Counted from the first letter of the stretch, positions 48,821-59,595 are shown. The stretch: DNA of 64,000 bases from a virus (IMGVR_UViG_3300025869_000011:1-64000); one strand, 5' to 3'. Notes: generated by a model from the sequence alone, not told the origin. Translations and numbers: made by a program.

Positions 48821-49246
48821 ATGAAATCCTTACTTAAGCGCTGTTGTGAATCGAAGCGTGAGTGTATTACTTACTTAGTAGTCTTTTTATGGGTAGCTGT
48901 TGGTATTACTGCTACATATTTTGATACTAACTTTACTCAATTGGCTGGTTATTTTATCTCGTTAACAGGTTTTGTTGCATCATATGTGTTCGGTGAAAGC
49001 ATGAGACCTAGCAATAATAGTTCTATTTTTATGAAAGGTAAAAACAGCAAGAGAGAAAATCTTATGTATATTACAATTGCACTTTGGACTATTATAGGAG
49101 TTTGGGTAATTGTTAAAAATGCTGATCTTATGGGTGCAGCTGCTTACTTTGCTGCATTAACACCATTTGTAGGCTCTTATATAATTGGAGAAACTTTTAA
49201 AAAGGAGGGTGATTCAAAAGATTCATACGAACAAATAAATTCTTAA
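48821..49246 (+). CDS. 4-TM membrane protein with internal duplication (holin candidate)
   Basis: Two KRE...LW...YF..LT.FV.SY..GE repeats; late-type promoter at 48794. Confidence 0.65.
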   Translation: MKSLLKRCCESKRECITYLVVFLWVAVGITATYFDTNFTQLAGYFISLTGFVASYVFGESMRPSNNSSIFMKGKNSKRENLMYITIALWTIIGVWVIVKNADLMGAAAYFAALTPFVGSYIIGETFKKEGDSKDSYEQINS

Positions 49247-49249
49247 TCA

Positions 49250-51211
49250 ATGGCAGTTAATGGAAGAACAACAGATGCTAATGGTGATGCTATATTAATT
49301 AGCCTTCAAGAACCATATTTAAACGTAGTTGAAGTACTAGGATACACTGATGTAACCAAAGGTGAGTCAACAGGTCTTTATTATAATAAACAATTTAGAT
49401 GGGGAACTGACGGTGTAACATATTCTGATTATATTAATCTTACCAATGCAAATTTAGAAGCTTTATTATTAAATCCAGATAAACCTTTTTGGATACAGTA
49501 TCGTTATGAGCAAGTAGGAGATGGTACATTGGAGTTTGAATCAATTGCGTTAGAATTAGTGACTGACGGTGGTGTAATTTGTAGAATTCCACAGATAGAA
49601 TGTGGAGCTGAAGGCTGTGTTGGGTTTCCTAATTTAGTTGTAGACTGTTGTGGAGATACGTGGAATCCTTATGATTTATCTAGAGCATCATCTATGTATA
49701 ATCAATTATCGGCAATAACATCAAATATGTTTGGGTTCTGTGTAGATTATTTTAAAACAAAAGCAGATCAGCGAAGCAGGGATGTAATCCTTAAAGAATA
49801 TTCTTTATTTGATGTAATGCAAGAAGCTGAGGTAAAAATATTAATTCCAGATAATGAACTTCCTACTAGGGAAATTCAATTTAATCCAATGATGATGGAT
49901 TTTCCAGTACAGTTTGAAATTCATATTGTAAAATCTGCATTTGAGGCAGTATTCGGAATAGGTGCAAAACCTGAAATGAGAGATTACCTGTACTTTAAAG
50001 ATTATATGAATCGTATGTATGAAGTGGATGCAATTGCAGAGGCGGATGATTTTCTTTATACTGGTTCTTACTGGAGGGTTAGTCTTGTTCCTTATCAACA
50101 AAGAACTGCTGTAGGATATGAAAACACAACAGCAGGTATAAAAGCTGAAACGGATACAAAGGCTTTAGTATCAAATGTAGAAGATAAATTCAGAGTAGAG
50201 AGAGAAAATGAATTCAGAGATGTTAGAAAAGATAATCAATATAACACAATAGGTACTCAATGTAATGATTATGTTAGAAGATCCTTAGATAAGAGATTAA
50301 TTATCAGTGAAGAAAATGTTTATAATCAATGGACTATTATTTCTAAATATCATTATAAATTAGGTACTATTAAAAATGGTAATGAATCAATAAAATATCA
50401 ATATGAAGGTGGCTGGGGTAGTGAAGAAGATCGTGCATTTACATTTTGGGCAAGGCCTCAGTTTTTAAAACCTATAGGAAATAATGTACTCATATTATCT
50501 ATTGTAGATAAGAATGGTAAGGTGCAATTAAATACTGGAAAACTACCTGATTTTGGTAATTCTTTAAATGTTGGAGACTGGGTTAATATAAAAGGTACCC
50601 AATCATACAATGGTATTGCAAAAATTATTGAGATAGTTGGCGATTCTATTGTTATTGATGAATCATATATAGATGATGTACTTGCTACAGGATCTCCTAC
50701 ATTTAATAAAGAAGAAAGTAATAATTTTATGATTTATGAAAATGATTTATTACCTCCTACGCAATATGTATCATTGACTTATACTATTAATTGGTTTATT
50801 ATGAAAATAAATAACACCTACTTTAAGTGGAAGATAAATAAACCTTTTGTAAAAAATAAATGGTATGCATTTGTTATTAATTTAAATTCAACTGCTCGCC
50901 AACTAGGATTATTTTTATATGATACAATAGAAAACTCAACCGCAATTAATCCAGCAATAACATCAGATCTTAATTTGCTATTTAATGAAACTAAAGCATA
51001 TGATCCTGTAGATGTAATAGAAGGCAAAGATTGGAAATTGTTAGGATGTAATACAGATTTAACTAATATAAGAATTTGGAAGAAGCCTATAGAGGAAGAG
51101 TTACAATCATTGATTCTTAGTCAATATGTTGTAAAAGATACTCATTTAACATTATTATTGGATAACGCATCACCACAGTTAATGTTGCAAGATGTAACGG
51201 ATGCCAGATAA
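49250..51211 (+). CDS. Virion structural protein, gp14-like neck domain with extra beta domains
   Basis: FG..V.Y, P...DYLYF....RMYEV pattern; located in the late region. Confidence 0.5.
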   Translation: MAVNGRTTDANGDAILISLQEPYLNVVEVLGYTDVTKGESTGLYYNKQFRWGTDGVTYSDYINLTNANLEALLLNPDKPFWIQYRYEQVGDGTLEFESIALELVTDGGVICRIPQIECGAEGCVGFPNLVVDCCGDTWNPYDLSRASSMYNQLSAITSNMFGFCVDYFKTKADQRSRDVILKEYSLFDVMQEAEVKILIPDNELPTREIQFNPMMMDFPVQFEIHIVKSAFEAVFGIGAKPEMRDYLYFKDYMNRMYEVDAIAEADDFLYTGSYWRVSLVPYQQRTAVGYENTTAGIKAETDTKALVSNVEDKFRVERENEFRDVRKDNQYNTIGTQCNDYVRRSLDKRLIISEENVYNQWTIISKYHYKLGTIKNGNESIKYQYEGGWGSEEDRAFTFWARPQFLKPIGNNVLILSIVDKNGKVQLNTGKLPDFGNSLNVGDWVNIKGTQSYNGIAKIIEIVGDSIVIDESYIDDVLATGSPTFNKEESNNFMIYENDLLPPTQYVSLTYTINWFIMKINNTYFKWKINKPFVKNKWYAFVINLNSTARQLGLFLYDTIENSTAINPAITSDLNLLFNETKAYDPVDVIEGKDWKLLGCNTDLTNIRIWKKPIEEELQSLILSQYVVKDTHLTLLLDNASPQLMLQDVTDAR

Positions 51212-51241
51212 CCTGGAATATATATTACAAATAACTTATTA

Positions 51242-51850
51242 ATGGAAGATAACTCAAAAGATAAATTTAGAGATAGTATCGGAGACTTACTTAGTGAATT
51301 ACCTGATGAGGTTCCTGGATTAGATAATACTCCAGAATTACCTAAAGTAAGATTAGAAAGTACACAAGCAGTTGCTCTAACGAAGGCAAAAGGTAAAGCT
51401 AAAAAAGTAATGTCTAGTTTGCTTAAGTTTTACTTAAGTGAAGAAATCATCGCAGAGCATGAATATATTCAAGCAAAATCTAATTTAGATGAATATGCAT
51501 TAGGTATGCTCATTCGCCAAATGGAAAACAGTGAGGTTGCTATTTCACAATTAATGGATATTATAAATGAAGGTGATGTATCCCCAAGAATGTTTGAAGT
51601 ACTTAGCGATTTACAAAGAACTCTATTAGATATTATTAAAAGCCAAACAATGTATATGGTTGCTATTGAAGAAAATGCAAAAAAGACTTCTAGGGATATT
51701 GATGTTTATCATGGCAATTCAGAGAGCAGCGGTAACAAAAAACAGAGCGGTGTTAAGTCAAGAGGTACTAAAGATTTAATGAGAGCATTACAAGAAACAA
51801 TTAACGAAGAAGATATACAAGATGTCGATAGCGATGAAAATGAAGAATGA
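51242..51850 (+). CDS. Terminase small subunit gp16-like
   Basis: SPRMFEVL, GTKDLM; upstream of the large terminase. Confidence 0.65.
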   Translation: MEDNSKDKFRDSIGDLLSELPDEVPGLDNTPELPKVRLESTQAVALTKAKGKAKKVMSSLLKFYLSEEIIAEHEYIQAKSNLDEYALGMLIRQMENSEVAISQLMDIINEGDVSPRMFEVLSDLQRTLLDIIKSQTMYMVAIEENAKKTSRDIDVYHGNSESSGNKKQSGVKSRGTKDLMRALQETINEEDIQDVDSDENEE

Positions 51851-52109
51851 TTACATTCTTACACAGGAAATAAAACAAACAGAAAGAAAAACTGAAGGTG
51901 GTTTAATTATTCCTGGTGAAAAGTATAATAGGCAAGCTTTAGTAGTTGAAGTAGCAAATGACCTTGAAATAAAGAAAGGTGATAAAATTATAAAAACAAT
52001 AGGCAAGGGTACTGAATATACTTTTGAAGGTAATAAGTTTGAAATCCTTCACATAAATCATATTCTTGCTGTTATAGAAGAAAATGGCACAGAAACCACA
52101 AGCACCTAG
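51834..52109 (+). CDS. GroES-like co-chaperonin
   Basis: KTEGGLIIPG, KKGDKI, G.EY, ILAVIE. Confidence 0.85.
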   Translation: MKMKNDYILTQEIKQTERKTEGGLIIPGEKYNRQALVVEVANDLEIKKGDKIIKTIGKGTEYTFEGNKFEILHINHILAVIEENGTETTST

Positions 52110-53901
52110 CGCAGGATTTGATTTTAATGTTGGCAAAGCCAAGCAAGCATTTTCTTGGTCAAGTGAAAGTGTAGAACAGTTAATGTTTGCAATAGAAGAA
52201 GGTTATAAACCTGCGTCTACGCCATTCTATGAAGGTAATCCTAATTTACGAAAAGGTAATATTGTTTTTAATTATACTTCAAATGAAATAAAAGAAATTA
52301 AAAAGTGTGCAAAAGACATTGTATACTTTGCAAATACATATTGCACTGTAATGACCGATCATGGTTTACAGACAATTAATTTAAGACCTTACCAAGAAGA
52401 GATGTTAAGGCAATTCCAAGCTGAAAGGTTTAATGTATGTTTAGCAAGTAGGCAAGTAGGTAAAACTATTTGTTCATCTATTTTTATTGCTTGGTATTCA
52501 TTATTTAATTTTGATAAGAATTCTTTAATACTTTCAAATAAAGGGGCAACCACAAGAGAAATCATTGATAAAGGTAAAACTATATTAGAGCATCTACCTT
52601 TCTTTTTAAAACCCGGCACTCTTAAATGGGATGTATTTAATTCTAAGTTTGATAACGGTTGTAGAATAATTGGTCAAACTACTACCAAGAAAGCAGCAAT
52701 TGGTTTTACTATTCATTTATTATTTATGGATGAGTTTGCGCATATACCTGCAAACTTTGTTGATACTTTTTATGAAAACGTATATCCTACAGTATCTGCA
52801 TCAACTAACTCAAAGGTAATAATAACCAGCACCCCAAATGGCTTTAATAAATTCTATGACATATATACTGCTGCCGATAAAGGATTAAGTGAATATACAC
52901 CCTTTAGAGTTGATTGGTGGGACGTACCAGGAAGAGATGATGCATGGATGAAACAGGAAGTTGCAAACTTAGGAAGTGATGAAGCTTTTAATAGACAATA
53001 TGGAAATCAATTTATAGCAGGATCATCATTACTACTAGGCCCTGATAGTCTTAAGAAATTAAAATCAAATGAAACAGAATTTGTTCATCGTGAAATGGTT
53101 GAGTTTGAAGACGAGCAAGTAGAATATTCTGGTTTACTGTGGGACCCTGAATTTAATTTGGATGATACAGAAGAGGATGAAAATTACTGGTGTTTTTCTG
53201 TGGATATAGCTGAAGGTACTGGTGGAGATTATTCTATCATAAATATCTTTAAGATAGAACTTATGGATGAAGCAGATTGGAAAAAGGTTACATCCCCAGG
53301 TAGCTTTATCGATTTTTATAGAATTAGACAAGTAGGAAGATTTAGAAGCAATGATCACACTATTGAAGAATTTGCAAAAGCTCTTTATATTTTAGCTTAT
53401 GATGTTTTTTACTCTGAAAACGTAAAACTAATTATTGAGTGGAATTTATTTGGGGGTGAATTAATAAAAAGAATGGAAACTGTATTTCCACAAAGAAATG
53501 ATTTTGATGAAGAATCTGTTGTAAAGTTTAAACATCGAATAGATGCCAGAACTAAACAGTTTGGATTAAAAGTCAAAAAAGATAATAAACCTATATTTTG
53601 TCAAAATTTTAAAAAATACATTACTCAGAATAAAATATTAATAAAAGATAAGCATACTGTCCATGAAGCTGCAACCTTCGGTAAACTACCAAATGGTTCG
53701 TATGCTGGGCAATTAGGTCATGATGATTTAATAATGACATGTATTAATAGTTCTGAATTCTTTTTTACATTAGACTTTTCAGATTTTGCTGAAGAGATCC
53801 ATGATGGGGCTGAAAAGCATGTTCAAGATAAAATTGATGCTATCTTAGAGCAAGATGCTAAAGGGGGACAACTTAACTTCGACATATACGACTTGGTATA
53901 A
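52084..53901 (+). CDS. Terminase large subunit gp17
   Basis: LRPYQ, SRQVGKT, MDEFAH, TSTPNG, VDIAEG, HDDLIM. Confidence 0.95.
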   Translation: MAQKPQAPSAGFDFNVGKAKQAFSWSSESVEQLMFAIEEGYKPASTPFYEGNPNLRKGNIVFNYTSNEIKEIKKCAKDIVYFANTYCTVMTDHGLQTINLRPYQEEMLRQFQAERFNVCLASRQVGKTICSSIFIAWYSLFNFDKNSLILSNKGATTREIIDKGKTILEHLPFFLKPGTLKWDVFNSKFDNGCRIIGQTTTKKAAIGFTIHLLFMDEFAHIPANFVDTFYENVYPTVSASTNSKVIITSTPNGFNKFYDIYTAADKGLSEYTPFRVDWWDVPGRDDAWMKQEVANLGSDEAFNRQYGNQFIAGSSLLLGPDSLKKLKSNETEFVHREMVEFEDEQVEYSGLLWDPEFNLDDTEEDENYWCFSVDIAEGTGGDYSIINIFKIELMDEADWKKVTSPGSFIDFYRIRQVGRFRSNDHTIEEFAKALYILAYDVFYSENVKLIIEWNLFGGELIKRMETVFPQRNDFDEESVVKFKHRIDARTKQFGLKVKKDNKPIFCQNFKKYITQNKILIKDKHTVHEAATFGKLPNGSYAGQLGHDDLIMTCINSSEFFFTLDFSDFAEEIHDGAEKHVQDKIDAILEQDAKGGQLNFDIYDLV

Positions 53902-53955
53902 AAAGTTATAGGTTGTTGGATATATAAAAAAAGCAAATAAAAAAAATAATATAAG

Positions 53956-56900
53956 ATGGCACTAGATCCGAAAATCGCTTCGATTAAAGCAGCAGGGACA
54001 TACCGATTTGAGTTTGACAAATCTCAAGTAGTTAGTATTCCTGCTAATCAGACAAGGTTAATTGTCGGTTTCTCTAAAACAGGACCTTTTAATACTCCGG
54101 TATTCATTCCTGACACCGCATTCTTCAAACAAGTATATGGTGATATTGACAGAAACTTAGAAAGAAAGGATTCATTTTTCCATAGAAGCTGTTTAGCAGC
54201 ATTGGAAAGAGGACCGATTCTTGCACTTAACTTATTAAACTTAACTGCTACCGATAAGGTAGAGTATATTAAATTTGGTGCGGCCTCCACACCAGAAGGT
54301 GGTACATACCAAGATAATGCAGGTGCATTAGGTGAATACCAAAAATTCTATAACAGAGATAAATTCTTTTATCCTGACTCAGATTCATTCTTAAGTAATG
54401 TAAATGCTGACACGCAGAATTTTAATTCAGGTACTACCAATGATTTATTAGATATGGTAAACTTAGGACAAAATCCGTTATCAGTCATAGTAAGAAAAGC
54501 ATCAGCTGCTAATTCTACTGGATTCAATGTAACTGTTGAAGAATGGTATGGAGCTGCAAATGTACCAGGATTCTTAAATAAAGATAGTTTAGTATCTGAC
54601 TTCTTGGTAGATGTATTTGTAATCAATGGAAACTTTGGTGGAGACTTTGGTTCTGCAACGCCTTATGAAAGATTTGCGGCAGATCCAATATTCCAAACAT
54701 ATTTTGATAAAACACAAGGTTTAAAAAGAAGAGTATTTGATGCTGATTCAACAGATACAAAAATCGCTGAATTTTTTAATGAATCAGAAGTTCAGGTAAT
54801 TGCAACTTATACTGCTTCACTTATTCCTAACTTTACTGACTTATTAGGTAATAACCTTTTCGTAGAAAAAGTTATAAATGCTGATACTGCATCTACTGGA
54901 TTATTTGTCGCTGTGAATGAAGATCTTTTTGATGGTGATACATTAATTGATGGTGTTGCAGGTGGTATTGATATGATAGGTCATAACCTTGAATATACTC
55001 AATCTACATCATTACAAGATGATGTTAATTTCTTATCATACAGTAGTTCTATTGTATCTGATTTAAATTATGCAGGTAATGGCATTACACCAACATCAGT
55101 TGATAAAAGTACAAGTGATCTTCTTTCTGTTACGGATTTAACTTCTGGTGATGTTCAAATACAGATACAAGGTTCTGTAGGATCTGCATTATTTGATGGA
55201 TTCTCAAGTATGACCGCAAACACTGCTACTGTTGTAGGTAGTTATATTGAAGCTATTGATCTTAATGGCGATACAGTATATGTACCTGTAATATCTCACC
55301 AAGTAGTTGGTAATACAGTAACTGTTGTTTTATCTGGCTCTAATGCTACTATTGATTCAACTTGTTTCGGTACAAGCTTTGATTACATAAATGAAACTGA
55401 CTTTGGTTTTGTAACCGATGAGGCCCCATTAACTAATCCGAATAATTCTAATATTATAGGTTCTTATGGTTCATCATTATATAGTCAATTCTCAAATGGA
55501 ACTTTAACTGATGGTGATGAAGCAGTATTTTTAGATGGTGGAACTCAATATCAATCGTTCTTAGTATTCAATGCTGTTGATTATGGATTTATTCATACTG
55601 CATCACCAACTACTACTGCAACAACAATTGCAATTTCAGATTTAGATTATGCTCTACCATCTGTTCAAGTAACTCCTTATCAGGAAGATGCATTTAATAA
55701 TATTACACCACATGCTGAATTTACTTTAGGTAGTGCAACTGGTACATTTTTAAATTCTGACGCTGTTGCATATCCTATAGGTACATTAGGTATCCAAACA
55801 TTAAAAGGTGCAAATAATGTTTCTATAGATATTATATCAGATTCTGTTACTGAACCTGGATTAAAGCCTAACCAAGTATTAATCGCATCTGATAATCCTG
55901 ATGCTGCCGATGTTATCGTTGGTAATTATTTAGTACATTTTGAAGGTGATGCAACAACTCCACATTCAAGGTTAACGAGAATGAATGTTGTACAAGGTGG
56001 ATTAACCAATGCTGAGTTTAGTACTATTCCTGCAGGAAAAACTGCATTATTAGTAACATGCCAAAGCGAAATTGCAACATCAACCGCAGCAGGTGTAGTT
56101 AAAGTAGAATTATATTATCCTATTGATGCATGGGTAGATTACTTAAATGTATTTACATTGGATGGATTTAAATTAACTGCTAGTCATGTACCTAACGGAA
56201 CAAACGATAGACAAAATGAAATCTTAAACGGTACTTTAAATGGAACTAATTTATTTAAGGCATTAACTGACAGAGATGTAATTAACTTTAGATATATTGT
56301 AGATACATTCGGAAACGGTATTGAAAGTGGATCTAAATCAATCTATACAGTATTAGCTTCTACAAGGAAAAACGCGTTTGCAATATTAAATGCACCATCT
56401 GCTAAGGACTTCAAAAATAATTCCGATCCTTCGTTTAAAGATCTAACTGGAAGCTTATCATCTAGATTTATTTCTACTGGTGGTGATCTTTCAAAGAATC
56501 CTACGGTAAGATACTCATTACCATCTCAAACACAAGGTGCAAGTTGGGGAGCATTCTATTATCCGTTTATTACTGTTAGGGATTTAGGTAGAAATATAAA
56601 TGTTGTACCAGCTGCATATGTTTCAAACAACTTTATTGCAAAATATGAAAACGCTTTACCGTGGTCATTAGTTGCAGGAGTTCGTAGAGGTGTTGTCGGT
56701 GGAACTGGCGTTGTAGGATTAGAAATCAATCTTGGAAAAGAGGACAGAGAATACTTAGAACCATTTGGATTAAATCCAATTGTATTCCAAAGTGGAACTG
56801 GGCCAACAATCTTTGCAAATAAAACTGCACAGCAGACTACAAAATCTGCATTAAGTTCTATTAACAGTAGAGAGGTTGTAATTTATATCCAAGATGGAAT

Positions 56901-57180
56901 TGAAGCAATACTTAAAAACTATTTGTTTGAATTTAATACAGCTCAAACTAGATTGGAAATTAAAACACTTGCTGATAACTTCTTATCAACGGTTCAAAAT
57001 GATGATGGTGTTTACGATTATAAAAACGTAATGGACGAAACTAATAATACACCAGAAGTTATTGATCAAAATGTTGGTATCTTAGATACATACATTGAAC
57101 CAGTAAGAGGAATGGAAATTCTCGTACAGAGAACAACAATTCTTAAGACAGGAGCTATTAGTTCAGGAAACTTCCAATAA
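53956..57180 (+). CDS. Tail sheath protein gp18 with large insertion domains
   Basis: G.Y..E.D.S, GPFNTP, AG..RG, LNPI, ALSSIN.R, FEFN, DETNNTPEVID. Confidence 0.93.
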   Translation: MALDPKIASIKAAGTYRFEFDKSQVVSIPANQTRLIVGFSKTGPFNTPVFIPDTAFFKQVYGDIDRNLERKDSFFHRSCLAALERGPILALNLLNLTATDKVEYIKFGAASTPEGGTYQDNAGALGEYQKFYNRDKFFYPDSDSFLSNVNADTQNFNSGTTNDLLDMVNLGQNPLSVIVRKASAANSTGFNVTVEEWYGAANVPGFLNKDSLVSDFLVDVFVINGNFGGDFGSATPYERFAADPIFQTYFDKTQGLKRRVFDADSTDTKIAEFFNESEVQVIATYTASLIPNFTDLLGNNLFVEKVINADTASTGLFVAVNEDLFDGDTLIDGVAGGIDMIGHNLEYTQSTSLQDDVNFLSYSSSIVSDLNYAGNGITPTSVDKSTSDLLSVTDLTSGDVQIQIQGSVGSALFDGFSSMTANTATVVGSYIEAIDLNGDTVYVPVISHQVVGNTVTVVLSGSNATIDSTCFGTSFDYINETDFGFVTDEAPLTNPNNSNIIGSYGSSLYSQFSNGTLTDGDEAVFLDGGTQYQSFLVFNAVDYGFIHTASPTTTATTIAISDLDYALPSVQVTPYQEDAFNNITPHAEFTLGSATGTFLNSDAVAYPIGTLGIQTLKGANNVSIDIISDSVTEPGLKPNQVLIASDNPDAADVIVGNYLVHFEGDATTPHSRLTRMNVVQGGLTNAEFSTIPAGKTALLVTCQSEIATSTAAGVVKVELYYPIDAWVDYLNVFTLDGFKLTASHVPNGTNDRQNEILNGTLNGTNLFKALTDRDVINFRYIVDTFGNGIESGSKSIYTVLASTRKNAFAILNAPSAKDFKNNSDPSFKDLTGSLSSRFISTGGDLSKNPTVRYSLPSQTQGASWGAFYYPFITVRDLGRNINVVPAAYVSNNFIAKYENALPWSLVAGVRRGVVGGTGVVGLEINLGKEDREYLEPFGLNPIVFQSGTGPTIFANKTAQQTTKSALSSINSREVVIYIQDGIEAILKNYLFEFNTAQTRLEIKTLADNFLSTVQNDDGVYDYKNVMDETNNTPEVIDQNVGILDTYIEPVRGMEILVQRTTILKTGAISSGNFQ

Positions 57181-57220
57181 GAAGAAACTAAATAAGAATA
57201 TATAAAAAAAATAAATTAAT

Positions 57221-57775
57221 ATGCCACTACCACATTATACCCAGTCAAGGGCCAGTAGCCAAAGGTACGAACCTATTCAGCCTAACCTATTTGAGGTGAC
57301 TGTATTTTCACCACTAGGGGATGATACGGGTTTAATCTTAGAGCAAGTTAAAACTATCGGAGGTTTAAATAACTTAAACCCATCTGTAGATGCAGTAGGT
57401 CAAAAATATAAATTTGCTGACCGTTCATTTGCAAGTATGCCAGGTCAGACCTTTTTAGATCTGACTATTAACTTTAGTCTTAACTTAAACGAAGCTAACG
57501 AAAATTACATTTACAATACATTCCGTAATTGGTATAAATTAATCTATGATCCATTAACTGGTGAAATGGGATTAAAGAAAGACTATGTTGGAAGTATGAT
57601 CATTGTACAATATAACAGAGCAGGAGATATCTTTAGAAAGATTACCTGTAAAGATGTATTCCCTACAGGTCAACCTGATTTTGTAGATGAATTGAATTAT
57701 GAAACTCCAGATCCTGCTGAGTTAACAATGACTTATCGTTGTGATCACTGGGTTGAGGAAAATGTAGGTGCATAA
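57221..57775 (+). CDS. Tail tube protein gp19
   Basis: NLFEV, W..LIYDP.TG, QYNRAG, FP; follows the sheath gene. Confidence 0.88.
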   Translation: MPLPHYTQSRASSQRYEPIQPNLFEVTVFSPLGDDTGLILEQVKTIGGLNNLNPSVDAVGQKYKFADRSFASMPGQTFLDLTINFSLNLNEANENYIYNTFRNWYKLIYDPLTGEMGLKKDYVGSMIIVQYNRAGDIFRKITCKDVFPTGQPDFVDELNYETPDPAELTMTYRCDHWVEENVGA

Positions 57776-57797
57776 TTTAAAATAAAATTAATTTTAG

Positions 57798-57825
57798 AAA
57801 AACTGGCTCTAGGGCCAGTTTTTTT
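57798..57825 (+). terminator. Intrinsic terminator
   Basis: aaaaactggc-tctagg-gccagttttttt. Confidence 0.8.
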
Positions 57826-57867
57826 GTCTTTACTCTAATATATATTATAAATTATATAATCTAAATT

Positions 57868-58338
57868 ATGACCATATTTAAAGTATTAAACAAAATTGAT
57901 GGTAAGGTTTATGTAGGTTATTCGGTTAATGATAATCCTAATAACTTAGGATCAGGTAAATATATTAAAAGAGCAGTTAAAGATTTTGGTACAAGATCCT
58001 TTGAGAAGCATATTTTAGAAAAATTTTCAACTGATGAATCATTAAGTCATATAATGGAAAGGTTAGAGTTTTGGATAAAAAAACATAAAGCCGATAATCC
58101 TAAGTATGGATATAACGAAAGCGTACAAGAATTAATACCGCAAAAAAAGAGGCTTACGAAAAAACTACAGGTACTCTTAACACCAGAAGATGTTGATAAT
58201 CTAAATACTATTATCATACAAAAATCAATGGAGAATAAAACAAAACCGATGCCAGTATCTAGATATGTTAGACAATTAATAGTAGAACATATCGTTACAG
58301 AAACAGCACCTGAAAAACAATTAATAAAAATTAAATAA
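57868..58338 (+). CDS. GIY-YIG-like domain + ribbon-helix-helix-like C-terminus
   Basis: TIF..N..DGKVYVG, GSG.YI.RA...G, GYN; LQVLLT...VSRYVRQLI. Confidence 0.65.
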   Translation: MTIFKVLNKIDGKVYVGYSVNDNPNNLGSGKYIKRAVKDFGTRSFEKHILEKFSTDESLSHIMERLEFWIKKHKADNPKYGYNESVQELIPQKKRLTKKLQVLLTPEDVDNLNTIIIQKSMENKTKPMPVSRYVRQLIVEHIVTETAPEKQLIKIK

Positions 58339-58340
58339 TT

Positions 58341-59345
58341 ATGAGTAGTCACGAAGACAATATTAAAAAAGAATTTGAAGAGGCTGAAGGTATAGTTGAT
58401 ACTACAGCTGAGGTAAAATCTAATGAAGATGGTAAAATTACTGAGTTAGGTAAAGTAGATACTAGTAGAGGATCTGGTGTAACATCTATAGATGATCCAG
58501 AAATACAAAGAATACAATCTTTAACCGGATATATTAAACTTGATTTATCTGGGTTTCCATCAGGTGGTCAATTTTATAGAGATGATTTTGAAATTCATAT
58601 CAGAGCCGCAAGGGTTGGTGAAATTAGAGAATTCTCAACATTAGATGAAGAAAATATATTAGATGTTGATGAAAAGCTAAACTCACTTCTAGTGAACTGT
58701 ACAAAAATTATGTATGGTAACCAACGAGGTTCATATAGAGATATTCTAGAAGAAGATAGAATATATTTAATCTTATCTATCAGGGAGCTTACTTTTAAAG
58801 ATGGTGAGAATAAATTAATGATGCCAGTTGGTAAAAAGAAATGTACGTCAGGTACGTGTAAATCACAAGAATCAGTTGAACTTAAAACTCCTAACCTTCA
58901 ATTTAATGAAACCGATGAATTGTTAGAAAAGTATTATGATCACGAAAACAAATGTTTTACTATACCTACAAAAAATCATGGTGAATTAACATTAGCACCA
59001 CCAACGATTGGTGTTATGAGATCTATTACAGATTGGATAAGAAAACGAGAACAAGAAAATTTACCTTGGGATAAATCATCTTTAGCCATATTACCTTATA
59101 TTCAAAGAGAATGGCGAGGATTTAATGATAAAGAAATATTTTCTGCTATTACTAGCTTTCAAGGCTGGGATGCTAGTAAATTTTCGATCATATATAGATT
59201 AGTTGAGAAAGCGAAAATTGGAGTTAAACCTGAGTTTATCTATCCATGCGAAGGGTGCGGTGCGGAGGTCGCCGTTCCGCTCACGTTTCCCGGCGGGATC
59301 AAAGCTATGTTTATTGTTCAAGATATCTCTTCTGAACTTTTATAA
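58341..59345 (+). CDS. gp26-like baseplate hub/tail assembly protein
   Basis: PS.G.FY, DR.YL..IR, CxxC motifs; between tube and tape measure genes. Confidence 0.65.
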   Translation: MSSHEDNIKKEFEEAEGIVDTTAEVKSNEDGKITELGKVDTSRGSGVTSIDDPEIQRIQSLTGYIKLDLSGFPSGGQFYRDDFEIHIRAARVGEIREFSTLDEENILDVDEKLNSLLVNCTKIMYGNQRGSYRDILEEDRIYLILSIRELTFKDGENKLMMPVGKKKCTSGTCKSQESVELKTPNLQFNETDELLEKYYDHENKCFTIPTKNHGELTLAPPTIGVMRSITDWIRKREQENLPWDKSSLAILPYIQREWRGFNDKEIFSAITSFQGWDASKFSIIYRLVEKAKIGVKPEFIYPCEGCGAEVAVPLTFPGGIKAMFIVQDISSELL

Positions 59346-59595
59346 AGTCAGAGTTTTATTATTGGAAAAGTTGCATCTCCAACCTTCTGAGTTGGATTTG
59401 CTTCCTTTCTATGAATATGAATACACTTTAGAAATGTTTAATGACATTCTTAAAGAGCGTAACGACGAAGACAGCAAGAATAGTCAGGCACAGTCGGATA
59501 AATATAATACTAGTAGCATGCAAAAATCTATGAGCAAAAGCGTGAGTTCTTTTAAAACTCCATCTATGCCAAATATAAGTATGCCAAAGTTTTAA
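59314..59595 (+). CDS. gp51-like hub assembly chaperone (start uncertain: TTG at 59314 or frameshift)
   Basis: SL.NFY....L......SELD.LPFYE pattern; no early in-frame ATG. Confidence 0.6.
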   Translation: MFKISLLNFYKVRVLLLEKLHLQPSELDLLPFYEYEYTLEMFNDILKERNDEDSKNSQAQSDKYNTSSMQKSMSKSVSSFKTPSMPNISMPKF

